A stretch of 64,000 nt of DNA from Candidatus Multivorans sp. (GTDB lineage Bacteria; Acidobacteriota; Thermoanaerobaculia; Multivoradales; Multivoraceae): contig OZ253534.1 of the NCBI GenBank assembly GCA_965262355.1, positions 3,425,794-3,489,793 of the forward strand, given 5' to 3'. The notes below the pieces were generated by a model. It saw only the letters and a list, made by a program, of their open reading frames with translations. It searched no databases and was not told the origin of the DNA. Position numbers and translations under genes: made by a program. Shown piece after piece: positions 1 through 7,276 of the stretch; position 1 is the first letter of the stretch, and every line of letters starts with the position of its first letter.

Positions 1-55
1 CGATCCGCCGGGCCTCGGCGACAACCCGACCGTCGATGGAGAGTGTGACGTTCAT
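1..55 (-). CDS. Partial CDS at window edge (N-terminal fragment, possibly an RHH/VapB-like antitoxin)
   Basis: Reverse complement of 1-55 reads ATG AAC GTC ... = MNVTLSIDGRVVAEARRIA, running off the window. It resembles the N-termini of small antitoxins. Only 18 aa are visible. Confidence 0.25.
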   Translation of the reverse strand, partial: MNVTLSIDGRVVAEARRI

Positions 56-154
56 GAACACAGAATAGGTGTACACGGGATCCGTGACCATCGGGCAGGC
101 GTCCGGGGAGCACGCTGCCCGGCTGGCCGGACTCACGCTTTCCGCAGAGCGGAA

Positions 155-178
155 CCTGACGTATGGTGACACGTCAGG
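155..178. promoter_or_regulatory. Inverted-repeat operator CCTGACGT-N8-ACGTCAGG upstream of the RHH antitoxin
   Basis: cctgacgtatggtgacacgtcagg ~35 bp upstream of the ATG at 213. It shares the TGACACGTCA half-site with the palindrome upstream of the paralog at 34038-34057. Confidence 0.45.
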
Positions 179-212
179 CTTTCGCGGATTGGATGAGACC
201 GGAGGCGAACCG

Positions 213-425
213 ATGTCGGCGATCAAGATCAGCTCGAAGGTCGAAGAGGTAGCCTGGAACAAGCTTCGCGACTTGGCAAGGGAGGACAATCGGAGCGTTT
301 CGGGACTGCTCTCCGAGGCGGTCGAGGAGTACCTGGCGCGTCGCCGGGTACGGCCGGACGTGCTCCGGCATCTGGAGGACTCGATGCGCGAGAACGAGGA
401 GTTGGGGAGGCTCCTGGCGCAGTAG
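213..425 (+). CDS. Ribbon-helix-helix (CopG/Phd-like) antitoxin, orphan paralog of the 34094-34306 gene
   Basis: Internal ATG of ORF 69-425 gives MSAIKISSKVEEVAWNKLRDLAREDNRSVSGLLSEAVEEYLARRRVRPDVLRHLEDSMRENEELGRLLAQ. It is ~85% nt-identical to the antitoxin upstream of the Doc toxin at 34094-34306. No toxin gene follows this copy. Confidence 0.6.
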   Translation: MSAIKISSKVEEVAWNKLRDLAREDNRSVSGLLSEAVEEYLARRRVRPDVLRHLEDSMRENEELGRLLAQ

Positions 426-449
426 CGTCTTCCTCGGCCGAGTTGCACA

Positions 450-1360
450 ATGCCTAGCCGTTCCATGGCAGCGTCTCTCCTTCGCCGCCGACCCCATTCC
501 CTTGGAACCGCCGTTCTCGCGATCGTGCTACTGAGTGCGTTCTCGATGCTTGCGGCGTCTCCGGCTGATGCTTGCTCCTGCTTGGGGCTGGATCATTGGG
601 GTTTTCTGGCGCCGGAGAACGGACGCTTGCCAGCAAACGCGGTTGGCGTCGCGTGGCACAGACCCGTCCGGTCGAAGTCCATCTCATTGGTCTTGGCGCA
701 GGTCTCGGTGGAGATGCAACAGGACGGTGCCTTCCACCAAGTGCCAGCGACGGCTGAGGCAGTTCCTGGCTTCCCCGGCATATTCGCCATCGGGCCGCGG
801 GACGGGTTCAGAGTTGGCACGACCTACAGGTTCGCGGATCACGGCGAGCGCATACGCAAGGCGCCTCGGCAGGTGCTCGTGACGATCGACGGCGCCAGAC
901 TGGAAGCCACGACACCGTTGTCTCTAAGAATCTGGCCGCTTTACTCCGAGACGATCAGGGTGATGGCCACGGGAGGCCCCTCAGCACCGCGCAATGGGTC
1001 GCTCAGGCTCTGACCGAAGTCACGCTGCCGGAGGTTGCCAGCGAATGGGGGGACCAACTCCTGTACCGCACGCTGGTCGACGGTGAAGTCTGGCGCGGCA
1101 AGGTTTCCGCGTGCGCCCACTATCCTCCTGGACGAACCTGGAAGGAGGTCGGCGAAGACCTCGTCTACAGCGCCTGCCCCGAACCGTCCGGTCGTAGCGA
1201 GACTGAAACAGGGGTCACTTATGGCGAGGACGGGGGCCACCGGGGGCTCAGTGCAGCCCAACACGCCGTCAAGGTGCAAGCCTTCCTACCGGGAACCGAC
1301 ATCGTGCTCGAGACGGAGACGCTCACGGTGGACCTGAGTTGCCCAGGTCATCTGGAATGA
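450..1360 (+). CDS. Hypothetical secreted protein with N-terminal CSC motif after the signal peptide; apparent frameshift near 940-1000
   Basis: ORF 450-1013 has a signal-peptide-like N-terminus (AVLAIVLLSAFSMLAASPADACSC). A protein-like reading continues in another frame to a stop near 1358-1360 (…EVWRGKVSACAHYPPGRTWKEVGEDLVYSACPEP…TLTVDLSCPGHLE) with no start codon of its own. The gene ends ~38 bp before the IS630 terminal inverted repeat. Confidence 0.3.
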
Positions 1361-1397
1361 AGCGAGCGTCCTTGACAGGGCGACACCGACCGCTCTG

Positions 1398-2540
1398 CTA
1401 GTGTAGTGTCTCCGACATGGGTTGACAGTCTCGGGCAAGTTCGTCAGTATTCCGTTCATGTGGGAACCAGCGGAACGACTTCACATCGAAGAGAGCGATC
1501 GAGCGCTTCTCAAGAAATGGGTAGAGGCGCCGACGACGACGCAACGCACCGTCCGGCGTAGCCGGATCGTGCTCGCTGCGGCGGAGGGCACGGCCAATCG
1601 GGCGATTGCGGCGAAACTCGGCGTTTCGCGGCCCACGGTGCTGCTGTGGCGTCGTCGGTTCGCGGAGGACGGACCTTCGGGGCTGACCAGGGATCGTCCC
1701 CGCGGTTGCGGAAAGCCGCCGCTCTCGGAGTCGGTCGTGCGTAAAATGATCGAAGCGACGCTGCACGAGAAGCCGCCCGGTCAGACCCACTGGAGCGTGC
1801 GTTCGATGGCTCGGGCCCAGGGCATCAGTCCGGCGGCGGTCCAGCGCATCTGGGTGGCGCACGGGCTGAAGCCCCATCTGGTCAAGACGTTCAAGCTGAG
1901 CAACGACCCCAGGTTCGTGGAAAAGCTGCGGGACGTTGTGGGCCTGTACCGGAATCCGCCCGAGAACGCGCTTGTGTTGTGCGTGGACGAGAAGAGCCAG
2001 ATCCAGGCTCTGGACCGGACCCAGCCGGGCTTGCCGCTCAAGCGCGGCCGCGCGGGAACGATGACCCACGACTACAAGCGCAACGGGACGACGACGTTGT
2101 TCGCTGCGCTGAACGTGTTGGAGGGCACGGTGATCGCGGAGTGCATGGGCCGGCAGCGCCACCAGGAGTTTCTCCGTTTCCTCAAGCGTCTCGACCGTGA
2201 GATCCCGAAGCATCTCGACCTGCACCTGATCCTGGACAACTACCAGACCCACAAACACGCCGCCGTGCGCGCATGGCTGGAGCGAAAGCCTCGCTTCCAC
2301 TTCCATTTCATTCCGACTTCGTCGCCCTGGCTCAACTTGGTCGAACGCTGGCTGGGCGGTCTGACCACGAAGGCGATCCGGCGCGGTGCATTCCAGAGCG
2401 TCAACGACCTCGTAAAGACCATCTACGACTACGTGGAGCACAGCAACGAAAACTCCCGGCCGTTCGTCTGGACGGCCACCGCCGACAGCATCATCGCAAA
2501 GGTTACACGTGGTAAAGCCATGTTGGAGACAGTACACTAG
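1398..2540 (+). mobile_element. IS630-family insertion sequence (single-ORF type) with ~23-bp imperfect terminal inverted repeats
   Basis: Left end ctagtgtagtgtctccgacatgg (1398-). The right end, reverse-complemented, reads ctagtgtactgtctccaacatgg (-2540), i.e. 21/23 matches. A transposase ORF lies inside and its TAG stop sits within the right repeat. Confidence 0.75.
1422..2540 (+). CDS. IS630-family (Tc1/mariner-like DDE) transposase
   Basis: 372 aa. The N-terminal HTH region (RSRIVLAAAEGTANRAIAAKLGVSRPTVLLWRRRF) and the C-terminal DDE region (LVLCVDEKSQIQAL … LHLILDNYQTHKH … PTSSPWLNLVERW) are typical of IS630. Confidence 0.85.
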   Translation: MTVSGKFVSIPFMWEPAERLHIEESDRALLKKWVEAPTTTQRTVRRSRIVLAAAEGTANRAIAAKLGVSRPTVLLWRRRFAEDGPSGLTRDRPRGCGKPPLSESVVRKMIEATLHEKPPGQTHWSVRSMARAQGISPAAVQRIWVAHGLKPHLVKTFKLSNDPRFVEKLRDVVGLYRNPPENALVLCVDEKSQIQALDRTQPGLPLKRGRAGTMTHDYKRNGTTTLFAALNVLEGTVIAECMGRQRHQEFLRFLKRLDREIPKHLDLHLILDNYQTHKHAAVRAWLERKPRFHFHFIPTSSPWLNLVERWLGGLTTKAIRRGAFQSVNDLVKTIYDYVEHSNENSRPFVWTATADSIIAKVTRGKAMLETVH

Positions 2541-2606
2541 CTGACTCTGCTGGAACCGCTGTTCGCTGACGGTTCATCCCCCGCCGGTGGTCGTCGGTGC
2601 CGTCCC

Positions 2607-3983
2607 CTACTTCGGCTCGCGACCGGAAGGCAGGACTCTTCCTTCCGGGTAGTCGGCGCCGGTGATGCTCGCGTCGACAGACCGGTTCCAGGCATCTAGT
2701 TCCGAGCGCATACGGGTGGCAATCTGGGTTTGCTGTTCGATCAGGTTCTGCTGTTCCTGGGGATCGCCGATCAGGTTGTAGAGCTCGTAGGCATCGGGTG
2801 TGTCGGAGGTGTAGTTCCTCATCAGCTTGTAGTCGTTGTCGAGCCAGGCGAGGCCGCCGCTGGCGCGGAAGCCGATGGGCCGATCCCTGCGGGCGGGCTC
2901 GGAGTCGAATACGTGGGCGATGGAGATGCCGTCGCCTATGGCGTTGATCGACATCGGGTCGAGCTTCGCGATCTCGATCAGCGTCGGGAAGATGTCCATG
3001 GTGCTGGCCGGAAAGTTGGAGGTCCTCGGGGCGATGCCGCGTGGCCATTCGATGATCGTCGGTACACGCAAGCCGCCCTCGTAGAAGTCCTTTTTGAAGC
3101 CGCGCAGGTGGCCGGTGGTGTCGGGACGGATGCCGGGATGCTCGGGGCCGTAGTCGATATTGGGCAAACCCCCGTTGTCGCTGGTGAACCACACCAGGGT
3201 GTTGTCGGCGATGCCGAGTTCGCGCAAGCCCTTGCGCAGAGCACCGATGGAGCGGTCCAGGGCGACGATCTCGCCGTGGTGTGCCCTAGAGGCGTCGTCG
3301 AGCGCCGCAAAGGGCTCGGCGTCTTCCGGGAAGGCGGCAAGAGGTCGGTGCGGGGAGGCGTACCAGATCACCGCGAACACAGGTTTGCCGCTTTCCGCCT
3401 GCTCCGAGATGTAGCGCAGCGCTTCGGCGACAAGGACTTCCGACGAGTCGCCCTTGAACTGCTTCGGCGCCCCGTTCTCGCTTAGTGTGGGGTCCAGGTT
3501 GAACTGGTTGGTGTGGCTCAGCCAGTAGTCGAAGCCGAGTTCGCCGGGATTGTGGGGATCGTCCTTGGGGAGCGGATTGTCGCCGCTCGGGTGGACCTGA
3601 TTCAGGTGCCACTTGCCGAAGTGCGCCGTCGCGTAGCCGGCTTGCCGGAACGCCGCGGCGAGCGTCTTCTCCTGCTTGTTGATCGAGTCGCCGACCCGGA
3701 AGACCCCGGTGCGATCGTTCGTGCGACCCGTCATGACCGATGCCCGGGTCGGGGAGCAGCTCGGCGCCCCGGCGTAGAACCGGTCCATGCGCAGGCCGGC
3801 GCGGGCCATGGCGTCGAGATGGGGCGTCTTCAGCAGGGGATGGCCGTAGTAGCCGGTCTGTGCCCAACCCATGTCATCGGCCATGAGCAGCACGACGTTC
3901 GGCGGATCGTCGGCGGCTTCGGCGTAGCAGCCGAAGGCCGCGATCAGCAGCACGGCGGAGAATCTACCGAGGGCGTTCACCAT
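2607..3983 (-). CDS. Sulfatase (arylsulfatase family) with signal peptide
   Basis: Internal start gives MVNALGRFSAVLLIAAFG…VVLLMADDMGW…CSPTRASVMTGR (formylglycine C-x-P-x-R motif) …HFGKWH. The upstream 126 codons of ORF 2607-4361 are Arg/Pro-rich junk. Confidence 0.9.
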   Translation of the reverse strand: MVNALGRFSAVLLIAAFGCYAEAADDPPNVVLLMADDMGWAQTGYYGHPLLKTPHLDAMARAGLRMDRFYAGAPSCSPTRASVMTGRTNDRTGVFRVGDSINKQEKTLAAAFRQAGYATAHFGKWHLNQVHPSGDNPLPKDDPHNPGELGFDYWLSHTNQFNLDPTLSENGAPKQFKGDSSEVLVAEALRYISEQAESGKPVFAVIWYASPHRPLAAFPEDAEPFAALDDASRAHHGEIVALDRSIGALRKGLRELGIADNTLVWFTSDNGGLPNIDYGPEHPGIRPDTTGHLRGFKKDFYEGGLRVPTIIEWPRGIAPRTSNFPASTMDIFPTLIEIAKLDPMSINAIGDGISIAHVFDSEPARRDRPIGFRASGGLAWLDNDYKLMRNYTSDTPDAYELYNLIGDPQEQQNLIEQQTQIATRMRSELDAWNRSVDASITGADYPEGRVLPSGREPK

Positions 3984-4161
3984 GCGATGTCTCCAGCACG
4001 CTCCAGAGTTGTTCCGCGGCCGGGGTGGTTTCCCCGCGAGGAGTCCGACTATCCTACGGTGGCATCGGCGCGCGAAAGCCGGGTTTGGTTGCCGGGTGAA
4101 CCCTCGGGGGTATCCGGGTAGTGTAGAAGCCGATCTAACACTCTTTAGCTGGGAGAACGAA

Positions 4162-4695
4162 ATGCACAAGTACCGAGCAACGATGCCGCTGATCTTCATG
4201 GCCCTGCTGATGACGGCGGCGCTTCCCGCCGTGGCACAGCGCGAAGACGACGCCGGCAGGGCGAGCAAGAACGGCAAGGTGGAGGGGACGATCGACGGCG
4301 TCACGGTGACGCTGGAGTACGGACGCCCCAACGTGAAGGACCGCACGATCTGGGGCGGCATAGTTCCCTACGGCAAGGTCTGGCGTACCGGCGCCGACGA
4401 GGCCACCACCATCACCTTCAGCGCCGACGTCGAGGTCGGCGGCGAGATGCTGGCCGCCGGCACCTACGGCCTCTTCACCCTGCCGGGTGAGAACGAGTGG
4501 ACCGTCATCTTCAACAAGGCCGCCAAGCAGTGGGGCGCCTTCAGGTATGACGCCGGTCAGGACGCGCTGCGGGTGACCGCCACCCCGAAAGCCGTCGACC
4601 ACGTGGAGGCAATGGACTTCGAAGTCGTGGACTCGTGGGTCGTGCTGCGCTGGGAGAAGCTCGCCGTGCCCTTCGAGGTGAAGAAGGCGGGCTGA
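4162..4695 (+). CDS. DUF2911-family secreted protein
   Basis: MHKYRATMPLIFMALLMTAALPAVAQ signal, followed by …TIWGGIVPYGKVWRTGADEATTITFSADVEVGG…GTYGLFTLPGENEWTVIFNK…, characteristic of DUF2911. Confidence 0.55.
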   Translation: MHKYRATMPLIFMALLMTAALPAVAQREDDAGRASKNGKVEGTIDGVTVTLEYGRPNVKDRTIWGGIVPYGKVWRTGADEATTITFSADVEVGGEMLAAGTYGLFTLPGENEWTVIFNKAAKQWGAFRYDAGQDALRVTATPKAVDHVEAMDFEVVDSWVVLRWEKLAVPFEVKKAG

Positions 4696-4721
4696 GTTCG
4701 GCTGGCCGGGCGCCAGGGCCG

Positions 4722-5099
4722 TCAGAAGGCGATCCGCCGGACCCCTTCCACGGCGTCGAAGTGTGCGTCGTTGCTCAGCACGGGTAGGGCGTGTTGGCGG
4801 CAGAGTGCTGCGATCCATGTGTCGTTCGAGGGAATGGGCGTGCCGGCACGCTTGAGCTTCAGCCTGATCCCAGCGTAGAGGTCGGCCGTCGCGGAAGTGA
4901 CGGTGGCCACTTCGGCGAGCGGCAGGTGACGCCGGAGCCATGATTCGTAGCGTGCTTGGTGGCGCAACTGGCGGATGCCGAAGTAGTACTCGCCGAGGAC
5001 GATACTCGGAACGACCAGCCGCTGCGCCGAACGGAGGGGCGCTTCGACCGGCGCGAGCCCCTCGGCCCAGGCCGACAGGGCGTTGGTGTCGAGAATCAC
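4722..5099 (-). CDS. vapC: PIN-domain toxin VapC
   Basis: MILDTNALSAWAEG… with PIN acidic residues. A 4-nt overlap with the upstream antitoxin gene indicates translational coupling. Confidence 0.8.
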   Translation of the reverse strand: MILDTNALSAWAEGLAPVEAPLRSAQRLVVPSIVLGEYYFGIRQLRHQARYESWLRRHLPLAEVATVTSATADLYAGIRLKLKRAGTPIPSNDTWIAALCRQHALPVLSNDAHFDAVEGVRRIAF

Positions 5100-5389
5100 G
5101 GGATGTCGCCGGGCTCGAGCTTCTCGAACTCCTCCTCGATCGCCTTGAGGACGGTTCGGTGCTCATCGCCGAGGTCGGCAAGCTCTCCGAATCCCTCCAT
5201 CCAGGGTGGCTCCGGCGGGTCGGGTGCGCTGTGGCGCGAACGGGCGTGGACTCGTGCGCCGGCAGCGTGGCGACCAAGGTGCAGCTCGACGGCGTCGGTG
5301 AAGAACCGCTTCAGGGTCATGCCGCGGCCGGCGGCGAGGGCTTTGGCGCGGCGGAAGGTCGTGTCCGGCAGTTCGATGGTGGTCTTCAT
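5096..5389 (-). CDS. vapB: VapB-type antitoxin
   Basis: MKTTIELPDTTFRRAKALAAGRGMTLKRFFTDAVELHL… It overlaps vapC by 4 nt. Direct repeats CCATATT-g-CCATATT sit just upstream (5392-5407). Confidence 0.6.
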   Translation of the reverse strand: MKTTIELPDTTFRRAKALAAGRGMTLKRFFTDAVELHLGRHAAGARVHARSRHSAPDPPEPPWMEGFGELADLGDEHRTVLKAIEEEFEKLEPGDIP

Positions 5390-5587
5390 GCCCCATATTG
5401 CCATATTTACGGGCAGGAGCACGGCTCGCGACAAGCGGTCCAGGAAAACGGAAGCCGAATCCGTCCTAGCCGTATGAAGGCAGGCTCCCTAGGCCCAAGG
5501 CAATGCGGTCGATCAAGACCGCAGGCTGACTCTGGTTGACGAAGGGTTGCGGTTGACATACGGTTGCGTCCTAAGAGGAGATGCGAC

Positions 5588-6076
5588 ATGGCCATGGAAA
5601 CGACGATCCAGAAGCTGCGTCCCGAAGAGGCGGCTGAGCAGGTCTTCGCGGCTCACAGGCGCGACAGCGCATGGCTCGATCGCTTCACCGAGTGCCTCGC
5701 CGACTACCGGGAGGGCGCGGTTGGGAGAACAAGCCCCGCTGCCCGGCAGTCGGCCTCGGAACTGGCGCGCACGATCGAGGTTTGGCATCTCAGTCAGGCG
5801 AAGGCCGCCGCGTCTTTCCGTGTCAGCCGTCAGGCGTTCAGCAAGTGGCTGCAACGCGGCGTACCGGCGGACCACGCGGTAGCCGTGGCCGACCTGAAGG
5901 CCGCCACCGATCTGTTGGAGCGCTACATCAAGCGCGACAGGATACCCGCGGTGGTGCGGCGGCCGATACCGGCGCTCGACGGAGTCTCCCTGCTGGAGCT
6001 GCTGGGCCAAGGCGACACGGGCAGGCTCTTGTCCGCATGTCGCGACATGTTCGACTTCGAGCGGGCGCACGGGTGA
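5588..6076 (+). CDS. Xre/ParS/MbcA-type antitoxin (DUF2384-like) of a RES-Xre toxin-antitoxin pair
   Basis: ~160-aa protein immediately upstream of a RES-domain gene, overlapping it by 4 nt (GTGA). Assigned by size and gene context, typical for RES-associated antitoxins. Confidence 0.6.
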   Translation: MAMETTIQKLRPEEAAEQVFAAHRRDSAWLDRFTECLADYREGAVGRTSPAARQSASELARTIEVWHLSQAKAAASFRVSRQAFSKWLQRGVPADHAVAVADLKAATDLLERYIKRDRIPAVVRRPIPALDGVSLLELLGQGDTGRLLSACRDMFDFERAHG

Positions 6077-6621
6077 CGCCGGACCTGGTCGTCGAACGAA
6101 TCCCCGACGATCACTCTTGGTGGCGCATCGCCTACCCGATCTGGGCCGATCCGCTTGACCCTGGTTTCGCGCAACGGCGCGGCGGCCGGTGGAATCCGCC
6201 GGACAGTTTCCCGACGCTCTATCTGAACGAAGACAAGGTCACGGCGCGGCAGAATCTCCGGGCCTTCATCGACGGCTGGCCGTACGAACCGGAGGAGCTT
6301 CGGGACGACAACGGCCCGGTCCTTGTGGAATGCACGTTGCCGCGCCGCCAGGTCGTCTGCGACATGCACACGCCCGAAGGTGTCCGCGCTGCGGGCATGC
6401 CCGCCACGTACCCTCTAGAGAGCGACGGAGCGGTGGTCGGACACGACCGGTGCCAACTCATCGGAAAGCGGGCCAAGGACCAGGGGCTACGAGGTGTCCG
6501 GGCCCGGTCAGCGCGGTCCCCGGACGGCGCCGGGCGCGAGTTGGCTTGGTTCCAGGCTTCCGTTCGCAGCGTCGCCCGGCGAATCGCGACGTTGGCGTTC
6601 CCGGTGTGGCTCTGGGGATAG
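6073..6621 (+). CDS. RES-domain toxin
   Basis: …GGRWNPPDSFPTLYLNEDKVTARQNLRAF…PVLVECTLP… matches the R-E-S domain architecture. GTG start overlaps the antitoxin stop. Confidence 0.75.
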   Translation: MTPDLVVERIPDDHSWWRIAYPIWADPLDPGFAQRRGGRWNPPDSFPTLYLNEDKVTARQNLRAFIDGWPYEPEELRDDNGPVLVECTLPRRQVVCDMHTPEGVRAAGMPATYPLESDGAVVGHDRCQLIGKRAKDQGLRGVRARSARSPDGAGRELAWFQASVRSVARRIATLAFPVWLWG

Positions 6622-7276
6622 AACTGCAGCATCTGGGGCAGCCATAGCCCGATGCTCCGTGGTGTTCTCCAACACCCGGTGGCGAACTTGCTCGCCGGCT
6701 GCGGGCGGCCGGATCCGCAGGTCCGCCGAGCCCTCGTGACACAGCGCGGTAAGGGTCTGCGAACCGGACGTCGCCTGCGCTCGCAACACTGGGACCCTGC
6801 CGAAGTTCGCTTCAGCCGGGAACGGGCTCTTGCGCCATCTGACCCTCAAGGACTTGGCCTTGTCCGCGACTCCGGTCGGTTGCCGGGTCATCCTGGCGCT
6901 AGTGAGCGCCGGACCAGCTGTTGGGGACCGCACCACGGCAGCCGCCAGCGCGGCGCCCGCTCAAGGTCACGTCCGGTGCTAGTCTCCGCCGAGCGACGAC
7001 TTCACTGGGTTCACAAGAGAGCCGGCGAGGTGACGTGCAAGCCTGTCCACCACGGGACCCTGGGAGAAGGAAGGAACAGTGAGGAGAGCCGCTACCGCCG
7101 TCTTGCATATGGAATCGAACTTACCGCACGGCCCTGTAGGTCGCGGGATTCCTACACTTTGGCCCTGCACGAGTTGACTGAAGTCACTCCGAAGGACGCC
7201 CTCCTCGTCACGGTGGAATAGCCGGTGCCGACGGTTCATTCCGGGGTGCCTCCTTGTCCGGTGGGAGCTGCAGATC

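Noticed and set aside
1398-2537. 379-aa reverse-strand ORF exactly antisense to the IS630 transposase
   Set aside because: Arg/Pro/Gly-rich low-complexity translation typical of antisense frames in high-GC DNA. The sense strand has clear IS630 homology.
3984-4361. Long N-terminal extension of the sulfatase ORF (similarly 24119-24460 for the aminoacylase, 31449-31880 for the cytochrome c protein, 61136-61327 for the TonB receptor)
   Set aside because: The extensions are Arg/Pro-rich and precede obvious signal peptides that begin at internal ATG/TTG codons. Internal starts were chosen.
5392-5407. CCATATT-g-CCATATT direct repeat upstream of vapB (and CCAATA repeats upstream of mazE at ~33340-33370)
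   Set aside because: Plausible antitoxin operators, but short and AT-richer than the surroundings. Noted in feature evidence rather than as separate features.
6652-7221. 189-aa ORF in the gap between the RES toxin and the RM gene
   Set aside because: Arg/Gly/Ser-rich with no motifs and no convincing start context. Treated as non-coding spacer of the island.
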